A stretch of 60,919 bases of DNA from Bacteroidota bacterium (GCA_013377115.1 JACAAW010000006.1:1-60919); one strand, 5' to 3'. Shown: positions 1 to 10,155, counted from the stretch's first letter. The notes: generated by a model from the letters alone, not told the origin. A program made the numbers and translations.

Positions 1-40
1 TTTTTCATTTTCAAATCTTCAAATTGACCCATCTTCAAAT
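1..40. repeat. 8-nt periodic tandem repeat (YTTCAAAT-type), probably continuing left of the window
   Basis: tttttcat|tttcaaat|cttcaaat|tgacccat|cttcaaat; every unit ends in AT. Confidence 0.65.
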
Positions 41-47
41 CAATAAT

Positions 48-3000
48 TTACTTCCCAAACTCTTCTGCCTTCTTAGTAATATCTTCCGCCAGTTTTTTTA
101 AATCGGATTTAGTACCATTTACAATGAAACTATTTATTTTTTCTTTTCCCTTAAAGAGATTCATTTTTACAATAATCTCATTCTTTTTATTGATTTCGTA
201 ACGGCCTCTTAAACGATAGGCGTCAGGATAATCTTTGGTTTCCAGAAAAACAATTGGAGCTTTTGCACCTTTTGAAGAATGCATGCTGAATTCATCATCT
301 ACCAGTGCATCCAAATTTAAAACATCATCAAACGATTCACTTTCCTGAAGGCTTGTTGATAAAAACAAAGGTTTTGCCATAGCAAGCGGTATTTTTGCAT
401 TTTCTTCAGCCGTTAGTTCACCGATATCAAAACTCTCAGAACCATAAGGAGCAAAGGTTTGTGGTTTTTGTATTCCGCCAATTCCCGCAGCCAATTCAGG
501 AACTCTTTCTTTTGCTTTATTAAACAGGTTGGCAACGTCAACAAATTTTCCTTCACGAAGCGATTCTCCTTTAATTCCGGCTAAAAGACAATAAGTTAAC
601 AATCCTTGTCCGTAGCGGCTTGCTTCGTAACTTACTGCATCAGCAGCACAACCAGTAATGATATACATTCCGGTTCGGTCTTTCATTCTGTCCAAGGCAC
701 GAACGGTGCTACTTGAAATGTCTCTTTTCGACATTAAATTCTCCACCAATTTTCCCGAAGCGCAGGCATCAATCATTAAAACTTCTTTAAGTGCAGGAAC
801 CTTTTTTATCAATTCCGTAAGTTCTGTACTGGAAATTGCAGAAGATTTTCTAATCGCTGGATCGCCATAACCATCAGCACTGGCAGAATAGGCTTCTTGC
901 GTTAAATAAAAGAAATCGCCGTCTTGTCCACCCCAGTTGATTCCATGTCCAGAAAGATAAACGGCAATTACATCTGTTGATTTTGCTTCTTTTGCAATCT
1001 CTTCGAATTTCTTAATAATATTAACTTTGCTGGGTTTCAATTTTTCATCCGTTTGATTGGAAGTCATTTTAGTTAGGAAGGTGTTTTTTTCACCAAACAA
1101 TCTTTTGCCAACGAGACCTAAAGCATTTGCAATATCTTCAGCGTCTTTGGCAGCATATTTCAAATCAATTTTGTCACCTGAATAATCCGAAACTCCAACG
1201 CAAATAATAAAAATCCTTGGATCTGCTTTTAGACTTGGGTCATCTGCAGTAATTACCATTTGTACACCCCGACTTACAAGGTAGCCTTCAGAATTGTATG
1301 CTTTTACTTCAATGGTATTGTTTCCATCCGATTTTAAATAAGGATGATTTTTCACATTCACTTTTAAATTGACTTCTTTGGCATTTTCATCAGGTTTGTC
1401 GCCACGCGCATCAGAAGCAATTTCTTTTCCATTGATAAAGACAACCACTTTCCCAATTCCACCACCTTGATTTAAAAGGTTGATATTTATTTGATCAGAG
1501 TTATTTTCAGTGGCAGAAAGTTTAACTTCCGGATACAATTTCACATCTGCAAAATTTTCAACACTTCTAAGTTTTTCCTCTTTGAAACCTAAAAGCTTTT
1601 GAAGTAAAGATGGTTCGTAATATCTTTCTTTCAACTGCTGTAACTCCACAGTTTCGAAGCCAGATAAATAATAAAGAAGTTTCATTGCTTCGGGAGATGC
1701 ATCAAATAAACCACCGCTAGATGTTACCACCCAGTCAGAATTATCCAGACAAATAAAAGAGGCCAATTCCTTTGCATTTGACACTGTCCAAATTCTGGTA
1801 GTGGCGTCTTTGCTTCCAGTAAGGATGTATTTATCATCGGGACTAAATGCTACAGAATTTACCCAACTAGTGTGACCTCGGAATGCTTTCAATTCATTTC
1901 CACCTTCAATATCCCACATTTTAGTGGTATTGTCCCAGCTGCCGCTTAATAAATATTTCCCATCATTGCTAAAACAAATTGAAGTAACCGATAAATTGTG
2001 TTTTTGAAGTGTTTTGAGTTCCTTGCCGGTATTGGTATCCCAAAGTTTTATGGTTCCGTTTGCTAAACCTGTTGCAATGATTAAACCATTGGGACTAAAA
2101 GCAACCGCTTCAACAAAACTGGAACTTGTAGAATACGTTCGAATTTCTTTGCCTGTTGAGACATCCCAGGATTTTGTCAAACCATCCCAGCCTGCAGTCA
2201 ATGCGGTTTTTCCATCTGGGCTAAAACAAACAGATTTAATCCAGGCTGTATGACCTCGCAAAGTAAAAATCTCTTTACCGGTTTCGATGTTCCAGATTTT
2301 TGCCGTTTTGTCGGAGCTTCCAGTAATCAAGAGTTTTTCATCAGGACTAATTGCAAGAGAATTAATAGCACCAGTATGTCCTAAAAAGGATTTTATTTCT
2401 TTAACATTTGCAGCATCCCAAACTTTTGCTGTAGAATCAGCACTTCCACTGAAGATGGTATTTCCGTCTTTGCTCAAAACTACAGAATTCACAGCACCAG
2501 TATGACCAAGAAAACAACGAACATCTTTTCCGGTACTGATATCAATAAGTTTAACGGTTTTGTCAATACTTCCTAATAGAATAAAATTTCCATCTTTGCT
2601 ATAAGAAGCCGATGTAATTGCTCCGGAATGACCAATAAAGTCTTCTTTTGGATTTGAACTGTTAAAATCCCATAAATAAGCGCTTTTATCAGAACCAGCG
2701 GAGGCCAGTAAATCAGAAACAGGACTAAATGCCACGGAATTTACCCAAGCCGAATGTTTTTTAAGAATCTTTATTTCATTTCCTTCGGCAACATTCCAAA
2801 CTCGAACTGTTTTGTCATAAGAGGCTGAAGCGAAATATTTGCCATCGCGACTAAACGAAACCGAATTGATCCAGGAAGTATGACCGGCAAAAGATTTTAA
2901 AACTTTACCAGAGGCAAAGTCCCATAATTTTGCAGTTTTATCACCACTTCCAGTTAGAATTGTTTTTCCATCTGGACTATAAACTGCAGAATTGACCCAG

Positions 3001-3611
3001 TCAGTATGGCCGATCAGCGTTTTTAGAGGTTTCGTTTTTTTAACATCATAAATTTTTGCCAATTTATCCTGACATGAGCAAACGAAAAAGGTTCCGTCTG
3101 GGCTGAAATTTACTGAAGTTATTCTGCCTTCGTTACCTTTGTATTGCCTGATTTTCTTGCCGGTTTGCACATCCCACAATCTAATTGTTTTATCATAACT
3201 CCCGGTTAGAATATTTTTCCCATCTGGACTAATGGCAACTGCAGTAATCCAATCTGTATGACCAATAAATGTTTTGAGTTCTTTGCCAGAAGCCATATCC
3301 CAAATCTTTGCCGTTTTATCCCAGCTACCAGTAACAACAAATTTTCCGTCTTTGCTAAAAGCAACGGAAGTAACAGAATTGGTGTGACCATTATAGGTAA
3401 TGAGTTCTTTGCCAGAAGAAGCATCCCAAAGTTTTGCTCTTCCATCCTGGCTTCCGGTTAAAACAAATTTTCCATCAGGAGAATAGGCAATTGAGAAAAC
3501 AATTCCTGTATGACCAACTGGGACAATTAAATTCGGTTGGGAAAACAAGAAACTGTTTTGAAAAAAGAGGAGGAAAATTATTGCCACAAAGGCTTGTAGA
3601 AATTTCTTCAT
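48..3611 (-). CDS. Exported WD40-repeat protein (14 repeats) with C-terminal caspase-like (peptidase C14) domain
   Basis: 14 GH..V.S.AFS.DG...SGS.D.T.K.WD repeats of about 42 aa; dyad motifs LSGHG and IDACASG; GQGLLTYCLL. Start moved to ATG 3611 (MKKFLQAF.. signal peptide), supported by -7 box TATATTTG at 3644-3651. Confidence 0.9.
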   Translation of the reverse strand: MKKFLQAFVAIIFLLFFQNSFLFSQPNLIVPVGHTGIVFSIAYSPDGKFVLTGSQDGRAKLWDASSGKELITYNGHTNSVTSVAFSKDGKFVVTGSWDKTAKIWDMASGKELKTFIGHTDWITAVAISPDGKNILTGSYDKTIRLWDVQTGKKIRQYKGNEGRITSVNFSPDGTFFVCSCQDKLAKIYDVKKTKPLKTLIGHTDWVNSAVYSPDGKTILTGSGDKTAKLWDFASGKVLKSFAGHTSWINSVSFSRDGKYFASASYDKTVRVWNVAEGNEIKILKKHSAWVNSVAFSPVSDLLASAGSDKSAYLWDFNSSNPKEDFIGHSGAITSASYSKDGNFILLGSIDKTVKLIDISTGKDVRCFLGHTGAVNSVVLSKDGNTIFSGSADSTAKVWDAANVKEIKSFLGHTGAINSLAISPDEKLLITGSSDKTAKIWNIETGKEIFTLRGHTAWIKSVCFSPDGKTALTAGWDGLTKSWDVSTGKEIRTYSTSSSFVEAVAFSPNGLIIATGLANGTIKLWDTNTGKELKTLQKHNLSVTSICFSNDGKYLLSGSWDNTTKMWDIEGGNELKAFRGHTSWVNSVAFSPDDKYILTGSKDATTRIWTVSNAKELASFICLDNSDWVVTSSGGLFDASPEAMKLLYYLSGFETVELQQLKERYYEPSLLQKLLGFKEEKLRSVENFADVKLYPEVKLSATENNSDQININLLNQGGGIGKVVVFINGKEIASDARGDKPDENAKEVNLKVNVKNHPYLKSDGNNTIEVKAYNSEGYLVSRGVQMVITADDPSLKADPRIFIICVGVSDYSGDKIDLKYAAKDAEDIANALGLVGKRLFGEKNTFLTKMTSNQTDEKLKPSKVNIIKKFEEIAKEAKSTDVIAVYLSGHGINWGGQDGDFFYLTQEAYSASADGYGDPAIRKSSAISSTELTELIKKVPALKEVLMIDACASGKLVENLMSKRDISSSTVRALDRMKDRTGMYIITGCAADAVSYEASRYGQGLLTYCLLAGIKGESLREGKFVDVANLFNKAKERVPELAAGIGGIQKPQTFAPYGSESFDIGELTAEENAKIPLAMAKPLFLSTSLQESESFDDVLNLDALVDDEFSMHSSKGAKAPIVFLETKDYPDAYRLRGRYEINKKNEIIVKMNLFKGKEKINSFIVNGTKSDLKKLAEDITKKAEEFGK

Positions 3612-3839
3612 TATCGGGGGATTAAACTTTAAAAATTTGACTCCAAATATACAAAAAACCGTGCCGAAAATTAATAAGTTTAATATCTTCAGATTTACAA
3701 ACCTTAACAAATTAAATAATTTCTATTAACAAAATTTTAGTTGAATCAAAATAATAGCGAAAATTTCAAAAACTCTTGCGAGTATTTTAAAATATAACTA
3801 CTTTCGTAATCAAATTAAACCAAATAAAATCAATGTATC

Positions 3840-5498
3840 ATGGTAAAAAATCTAACTAAAGCATTGTTCATTGCAGTAAGTATTTCAATGGTTTCGGGCT
3901 GTGGCTCAGGAACAACATCTACTAAAGAAAATAAAGATTCAACCAAAACACCTATGCAGGAAAAATTAGCGCAATTTGCCCAAGTAAAATTAAGTTCCGA
4001 CATTTCTGGTCTTTCAGAAAAAGAAAAACAAATGTTGCCTTTGCTTTTCGATGCCGCAAAAATTATGGATGAATTATTTTGGGAACAAAATCTTGGTGAT
4101 AAAAAAGCTTTTTTAGAAGGTATTAAAGATGAAGATACCAAGAAGTTTGCTATGATTAATTATGGCCCTTGGGAAAAACTTGAAAACGAAAAACCATTTA
4201 TTGAATCATACGGAGCAAAACCTGCAGGAGCGAATTTCTATCCTAAAGACATGACCAAAGAGGAATTCGAAAAATTCAAATCAAAAGACAAAACCAGTTT
4301 ATACACCATAATTCAAAGAAACGAGAAAAAAGAATTGGTTTCTGTTCCTTATCACATCGCATATAAAGAACAATTAGAAAAAGCTGCCGCTTTAGTAAAA
4401 AAAGCTGCTGAATTTGCAGAGGACAAAGACTTCAAAAAATATTTAACACTCAGAGCAGAAGCTTTATTGACTGATAATTACCAAGCCAGTGATTATGCAT
4501 GGATGGATGCAAAAACTTCCAACATTGATTTCGTTATTGGACCAATCGAAAATTATACTGACGCATTATTTGGATATAAAGCAGCTTTCGAATCTTTTAT
4601 TTTAATTAAAGATAAAGAATGGAGCAAGAAATTGGCAAAATACTCAGCAATGTTACCAGAACTTCAAAAAGGATTACCTGTTGACGAGAAGTATAAAAAA
4701 GACGTTCCTGGTTCTGAGTCTGATATTAATGTTTATGATGCAGTTTATTACGCTGGTGATTGCAACGATGGAAGCAAAACAATTGCAATTAATTTACCAA
4801 ACGACGAGCAAGTTCAGGTTAAAAAAGGTACTCGAAAACTACAACTTAAAAACTCAATGAAAGCCAAATTCGATAAAATTTTATTGCCTATTGCAAACAT
4901 GCTCATCAATAAAGATCAACTAAAAAATGTAAAATTCGATGCTTTCTTCCAAAATGTAATGTTTCATGAAGTTGCTCACGGAATGGGAATTAAAAACACC
5001 ATCAATAATAAAGGAACAGTTAGAAATGCATTAAAAGAGCAATATTCTGCAATCGAAGAAGGAAAAGCAGACATTTTAGGCCTTTACATCGTTACCAAGC
5101 TTTTTGAAAAAGGTGAAATTAAAGAAGGAACCGTAATGGATAACTATGTTACTTTCTTAGCTGGAATTTTCCGCTCAGTTCGTTTTGGAGCTGCAAGTGC
5201 TCATGGAAAAGCAAATATGGTAAGATTTTATTATTTCCAAGAAGCTGGTGCTTTTACAAGAGATAAAGATGGAACTTATGCTGTAAACTTTGATAAAATG
5301 AAAGCAGCAACGATTTCTTCTGTTCAAGAAATAATTACCATGCAAGGTGATGGAAATTATGATGCAGCTAAAAAACAAATCGAAGAAAAAGGGAGTATCA
5401 AAACCTTACTTCAAACTGATTTAGACAGATTAAAAGCAGCAAGTATACCAAAGGATATTTTCTTTGAACAAGGTAAAGAAGTTTTAGGGCTTAAGTAA
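3840..5498 (+). CDS. Dipeptidyl-peptidase III family (M49) zinc peptidase, lipoprotein
   Basis: Lipobox-like MVSGC; HEVAH and EEGKAD zinc motifs; IGPIENY, AINLPND. Confidence 0.85.
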   Translation: MVKNLTKALFIAVSISMVSGCGSGTTSTKENKDSTKTPMQEKLAQFAQVKLSSDISGLSEKEKQMLPLLFDAAKIMDELFWEQNLGDKKAFLEGIKDEDTKKFAMINYGPWEKLENEKPFIESYGAKPAGANFYPKDMTKEEFEKFKSKDKTSLYTIIQRNEKKELVSVPYHIAYKEQLEKAAALVKKAAEFAEDKDFKKYLTLRAEALLTDNYQASDYAWMDAKTSNIDFVIGPIENYTDALFGYKAAFESFILIKDKEWSKKLAKYSAMLPELQKGLPVDEKYKKDVPGSESDINVYDAVYYAGDCNDGSKTIAINLPNDEQVQVKKGTRKLQLKNSMKAKFDKILLPIANMLINKDQLKNVKFDAFFQNVMFHEVAHGMGIKNTINNKGTVRNALKEQYSAIEEGKADILGLYIVTKLFEKGEIKEGTVMDNYVTFLAGIFRSVRFGAASAHGKANMVRFYYFQEAGAFTRDKDGTYAVNFDKMKAATISSVQEIITMQGDGNYDAAKKQIEEKGSIKTLLQTDLDRLKAASIPKDIFFEQGKEVLGLK

Positions 5499-5517
5499 TG
5501 TCCTGAATCATAATGAC

Positions 5518-5612
5518 GTCATTGCGAATGAAATGAAGCAATCTAAATTGTACTGATTTAGATTGCTTCGTTGTTCTTTCCCTCGACTAACCCAGTGTAA
5601 CCTCGCAATGAG
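5518..5612. repeat. Intergenic palindromic REP-like element (GTCATTGCGA..GAAGCAATCT..AGATTGCTTCG..TCGCAATGA type)
   Basis: Perfect 14-bp stem 5535-5548/5556-5569; outer 9-bp stem 5519-5527/5603-5611. Confidence 0.75.
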
Positions 5613-5642
5613 GAAATTCATTAAAAAACTGACAACAATTAA

Positions 5643-6614
5643 ATGAACAAACTTTTTCTTCTGATTTCTATTCTTCTATCGCAGATTGTCTCAGCCCAAA
5701 AGGTTTATGATCAATCTACGGAAGCCATTGAAAAAAGAATAAAAAAAGATATTTATATTTTAGCATCAGATTCTTTTGGCGGAAGGGAAGCGGGAACAAA
5801 ATTTGAATCAATAGCAGCAAATTATATCGCCAACGAATTCAAAATAATTGGCTTAAAATCTGTGATGTACGATAGTTCTTTTTTTCAAAGTTTTGTTTAT
5901 TCGAGCTCTAAATCAGCTATCAATGTTCTTGGACTTATAGATAATGGAGCAAAATCGACAGTTATAATCGGCGGGCATTACGACCATCTGGGAATGGGAA
6001 AAGAAGGTTCGAGATATTCGGGTCCTCCATTGATTCATCATGGCGCTGATGACAATGCCAGCGGAACTGCAGGAATGATTGAGCTGGCAAGATATTTGTC
6101 AAATTCAGGAATTAAAACCACCAATTTTCTTTTCATTGCATTTTCTGCTGAAGAGAAAGGTTTAATAGGTTCCTGGTATTTTGTCCAAAATAAAGCAATG
6201 AAGAATCTAAATATTAAATATATGCTAGATTTAGACATGATAGGACGTATGAATTCAAAGAACAAACTCATTGTAGAATGTGTTGGCTCTTCGCCTATTT
6301 GGGATACTTTATTAACGAATACCAATAATAAAAAACTAAGACTTAAAAAGTTAAAACCAGATTTTGGGGGCTCGGATCAAAATTCTTTTATTGAAAAAAG
6401 AATACCTTCATTGTTTTTTATTACAGGACTTCATGCGGATTATCACACACCATATGATACTCCAGACAAAGTAAATTATCAGGGGGAAGTTGAAATCATC
6501 CAGTTTATTGAAAAATTAATTACAAAACTTGATAAAACAACCACAATTCCATTTACAAACAGTAAGAAAACCATTCGTCAAATCATTAAAATGGCAATTG
6601 CCTACAAAAATTAA
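5643..6614 (+). CDS. M28 family aminopeptidase (compact, no PA or PDZ domain)
   Basis: Signal peptide; GGHYDHLG, GADDNASG, AEEKGLIGS, LDMIGR, GSDQ, DYHTP. Confidence 0.9.
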   Translation: MNKLFLLISILLSQIVSAQKVYDQSTEAIEKRIKKDIYILASDSFGGREAGTKFESIAANYIANEFKIIGLKSVMYDSSFFQSFVYSSSKSAINVLGLIDNGAKSTVIIGGHYDHLGMGKEGSRYSGPPLIHHGADDNASGTAGMIELARYLSNSGIKTTNFLFIAFSAEEKGLIGSWYFVQNKAMKNLNIKYMLDLDMIGRMNSKNKLIVECVGSSPIWDTLLTNTNNKKLRLKKLKPDFGGSDQNSFIEKRIPSLFFITGLHADYHTPYDTPDKVNYQGEVEIIQFIEKLITKLDKTTTIPFTNSKKTIRQIIKMAIAYKN

Positions 6615-6627
6615 AAAAAAGAAACAA

Positions 6628-8316
6628 ATGAGACAACAATATTTCAAAATCGTGCTTTTTTCAGCTTCCTTATTTGCTTTGATTCCAAGTATTGCGAATG
6701 CACAGAGCAGGTTCCAATTCGATACACAAAGTATTGAAAACCGCATAAAAAACGATATTAAAATACTTGCATCAGATTCAATGGAAGGCAGAGAATCCGG
6801 CACAAAAGGTGAAATGATGGCTGCAGATTATATTGTTGCCCAGTTCAAAGAAATAGGTTTAAAACCTTTTTATGAAAATTCTTACAAAAAGAGTTTCGAT
6901 TTTTTGGATGGATGGGTTTATGGAGATTCAAACAATCTCACAATCAATAACAAAGTATTCAAACTTGGGAAAGATTTTTATCCACTCACTTTTTCTGAAA
7001 ACAAATCCTTTGAAGGAGATTTGGTAAAAGTTGGTTATGGAATCATTTCTCCAAAAGATAATATGGACGATTATAAAAACCTTAAAAATCTTAAGGATAA
7101 AATTTTCGTAATTGAAGCTTCAATGCCAAATAATGTTTCAAAATCAAATGATATTACTGATTATGAATCCAAAATTGACACCGCAATAGCAAAAGGTGCA
7201 GCTGGTATTATTTTCATTAATTCTGATATTAAATGCGATAAACCAACTAGAGATTTATCCTCAACAGTTTTGAAAAGACCAATCCCAATTATTTTTGCTG
7301 ATCAATTAGCATACAAACTCATCATGGATGGAACTGTTTGGAAAGCTAAAATAAAAGTTGATTTAAAAAAAGTGGAGAAAACAGGTTATAATGTTGCTGG
7401 ATATATTGATAACGGAGCAAAACAAACGGTGATAATTGGCGGTCACTTCGATCATTTAGGATTTGGTGGAGATGGATCCAGAAGTCCTGGCTCAAAAGAA
7501 GTTCATCATGGAGCCGACGACAATGCCAGCGGAACTGCTGGTATGATTGAAATGGCAAGATATTATAAATCAGTTTCAAACCTAAAAAACAATTATGTTT
7601 TTGTTGGATTTTCTGCTGAAGAAAAAGGGATGATTGGTTCTTCAAATTTCTTAAAATCATACACCGATGTATCAAATATCAATTTCATGATTAATCTTGA
7701 TATGATTGGAAGATTAGATACTTCAAAGAAAGGTCTTTTAATTAATGGAACCGGTACTTCAACCATTTGGGATTCATTAATTAAAGTAACTCAAACCAAT
7801 GAATTTAAAATAAAAACATCGGAGTCCGGAATGGGAAGTTCTGATCAAATGGCATTTACTTTGAAAGACATTCCTGTTTTATTTTTCTTTTCTGATATAG
7901 AACCTGATTATCATAAACCTTCTGATACCTGGGATAAAATCAATTTTCCTGGCGAAGCAAAAATAATTCAATATGCTGAGCAAATTATCGATAAAGCAGA
8001 TAAAATGGGTAAATTGACTTTTGTAAAACTAAAAGAAGCCAATAATCAAACTCAAAAGTTTAAAGGTGTTACTATTGGTGTGGTTCCTGATCATTCTTAT
8101 TCAGGTGTTGGAATGCGAATTGATGGTATTATTGATGGTAGACCTGGTCAGAAAGCTGGATTATTGGCTGGAGATATTGTGTTGAAAATTGGCGAGCACG
8201 AAGTAAATGAAATCATGTCCTACATGAAAGCATTGGGTTTCTTTAAAAAGGGCGAAAAATCAACAATCACAATAAAAAGAGGAGAAGAAACTTTAGTAAA
8301 AGATATTGAATTTTAA
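6628..8316 (+). CDS. M28 family aminopeptidase with PA insert and C-terminal PDZ domain
   Basis: GGHFDHLG, GADDNASG, AEEKG, DYHKP; PA-like insert (VGYGI..AKGAAGIIF); PDZ (GVVPD..GRPGQKAGLLAGDIV). Start set at ATG 6628 (MRQQYF), after the upstream stop. Confidence 0.9.
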   Translation: MRQQYFKIVLFSASLFALIPSIANAQSRFQFDTQSIENRIKNDIKILASDSMEGRESGTKGEMMAADYIVAQFKEIGLKPFYENSYKKSFDFLDGWVYGDSNNLTINNKVFKLGKDFYPLTFSENKSFEGDLVKVGYGIISPKDNMDDYKNLKNLKDKIFVIEASMPNNVSKSNDITDYESKIDTAIAKGAAGIIFINSDIKCDKPTRDLSSTVLKRPIPIIFADQLAYKLIMDGTVWKAKIKVDLKKVEKTGYNVAGYIDNGAKQTVIIGGHFDHLGFGGDGSRSPGSKEVHHGADDNASGTAGMIEMARYYKSVSNLKNNYVFVGFSAEEKGMIGSSNFLKSYTDVSNINFMINLDMIGRLDTSKKGLLINGTGTSTIWDSLIKVTQTNEFKIKTSESGMGSSDQMAFTLKDIPVLFFFSDIEPDYHKPSDTWDKINFPGEAKIIQYAEQIIDKADKMGKLTFVKLKEANNQTQKFKGVTIGVVPDHSYSGVGMRIDGIIDGRPGQKAGLLAGDIVLKIGEHEVNEIMSYMKALGFFKKGEKSTITIKRGEETLVKDIEF

Positions 8317-8326
8317 TATTATTTGA

Positions 8327-9325
8327 ATGGAAAACAATAAACGTTTTGCAGTAATAGGTTCGGGAAGTTGGGCTACTGCAATTGTGAAAATACTTTTAAA
8401 TAACTGCAATAAAGTTAATTGGTGGGTTCGTGAGCCTGAAGTGATGGAAAATTTAATGCTTTATCATCACAATCCTATCTATTTAAGCTCTGTTGAATTT
8501 GATATTGAACGCTTGAATATCAGCAATGATATCAATGAAATAATTGAAGTTTCGGATGTAATTATTTTTTGTATTCCATCTGCTTTTTTGCATCAATCGC
8601 TAAGTCCACTGAAAAGAGATAGCTTAAAAGGTAAGTTGATTCTCTCAGCCATTAAAGGAATTGTTCCCGAATACAATAAAATTGTGGCAGAATATTTCAA
8701 TACTGAATTTAATATTTCATTTGAAAATATTGGAATCATTAGTGGACCTTCACATGCAGAGGAAGTTGCTTTAGAAAAATTAACTTATCTAACTGTAGCT
8801 TCACAAAATCAAGATTTTGCTGAGTACATTGTTTCAAAAATAAATTGTAGGTATATTTTTGCATCTGTTTCTGATGATATTTTTGGAACTGAATATTCTG
8901 CAGTACTAAAAAATGTGGTTGCAATTGCAAACGGAATATGCATTGCCTTGGGTTATGGAGATAATTTTCAGGCGGTTCTAATTTCTAATGCCATTCAAGA
9001 AATAAAAAGATTCGTTGATGAAGTTCATCCTATTAATAGAGACATAAATAGTTCTGTTTATTTGGGAGACTTACTCGTTACTTCCTACTCACAATTTAGT
9101 CGTAACCGTACTTTTGGAAATATGATTGGCAAAGGTTATTCTGTTAAATTTGCACAATTAGAAATGAAAATGATTGCTGAGGGGTATTATGCTGTAAAAT
9201 GCATTAAGGAAATCAACGATGAACATGGAGTTGACATGCCTATTACAACAGCGGTATACAATATTTTATATTCTGGTTTTTCTCCTGAAAATGAGATAAA
9301 ACGACTAACAAAAAAATTAAGTTAA
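8327..9325 (+). CDS. gpsA: NAD(P)H-dependent glycerol-3-phosphate dehydrogenase
   Basis: GSGSWATA Rossmann motif, SGPSHAEEV, LKNVVAIA, GDLLVT.YS..SRNR. Confidence 0.93.
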   Translation: MENNKRFAVIGSGSWATAIVKILLNNCNKVNWWVREPEVMENLMLYHHNPIYLSSVEFDIERLNISNDINEIIEVSDVIIFCIPSAFLHQSLSPLKRDSLKGKLILSAIKGIVPEYNKIVAEYFNTEFNISFENIGIISGPSHAEEVALEKLTYLTVASQNQDFAEYIVSKINCRYIFASVSDDIFGTEYSAVLKNVVAIANGICIALGYGDNFQAVLISNAIQEIKRFVDEVHPINRDINSSVYLGDLLVTSYSQFSRNRTFGNMIGKGYSVKFAQLEMKMIAEGYYAVKCIKEINDEHGVDMPITTAVYNILYSGFSPENEIKRLTKKLS

Positions 9326-9344
9326 AGAACAAACTGAAGGTAAA

Positions 9345-10067
9345 GTGATGAAGAAAATTATTAAATCAATTTTGTTTGCAATTGGAATTGACATTACGCA
9401 AAATCAAAAATACGACCGGCAAACTTTGCAAATTATGAGTAAGTCGATCAAACCTAATTCAAATTGCATTGATATTGGTTGTCATAAAGGTGAAATGCTT
9501 GAAATTATGTTCAAACATGCTCCACAAGGAAAGCACTATGCTTTTGAACCCATTCCGCAAATGTATGATGATCTCCTCAAGAATTTTAATGGACCAAATT
9601 TCAAGATTTTTCCCATTGCATTATGCGAAACAAAAGGAGAAACCACTTTTAATCATGTAAAAAATGCACCAGCATACAGCGGAATAAAACAAAGAGAATA
9701 CAATATTAAAAATCCAGAAATTTCTCAGATTACAGTTAAAACAGATTTACTTGATAACATCATTCCCTCAGATGAGAAAATAGATTTTATTAAAATTGAT
9801 GTTGAAGGAGCTGAATTAAATGTTTTAAAAGGTGCTGAAAAAACAATTATAAAAAACCAACCTTTAATTATTTTTGAATGTGGAATCGGCGCTTCAGATT
9901 ATTATAATACAAAACCTGAGGAGGTTTTTGAGTTCCTTACAATCAATTGTGGATTAAAAATTTCACTTTTAATTGACTGGCTGAAATCTGCTAATAGCTT
10001 GAGTCTTGATGGTTTTTGTGAGAACTATTCAAAAAAAATTAATTATTATTTTGTAGCACATCCATAA
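9345..10067 (+). CDS. FkbM family SAM-dependent methyltransferase
   Basis: IDIGCHKG, AFEP, FIKIDVEGAELNVLKG. Confidence 0.88.
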   Translation: MMKKIIKSILFAIGIDITQNQKYDRQTLQIMSKSIKPNSNCIDIGCHKGEMLEIMFKHAPQGKHYAFEPIPQMYDDLLKNFNGPNFKIFPIALCETKGETTFNHVKNAPAYSGIKQREYNIKNPEISQITVKTDLLDNIIPSDEKIDFIKIDVEGAELNVLKGAEKTIIKNQPLIIFECGIGASDYYNTKPEEVFEFLTINCGLKISLLIDWLKSANSLSLDGFCENYSKKINYYFVAHP

Positions 10068-10155
10068 TTTGCTGTAACAAAATTTAAATCTCATTCGTCT
10101 TAAGATTATTTAACAAATAGATTTTCTGAAAACTTTTACACGACAAAAAAAAATA

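Noticed and set aside
1780-3520. CRISPR-like or DNA-level array with ~126-nt period
   Set aside because: The periodicity is explained by in-frame WD40 coding repeats with diverged codons; there are no identical repeats with unique spacers and no cas genes.
6529-6627. Apparent overlap or frameshift fusion of the two M28 genes
   Set aside because: Each has its own signal peptide and full catalytic motifs; ATG 6628 removes the overlap.
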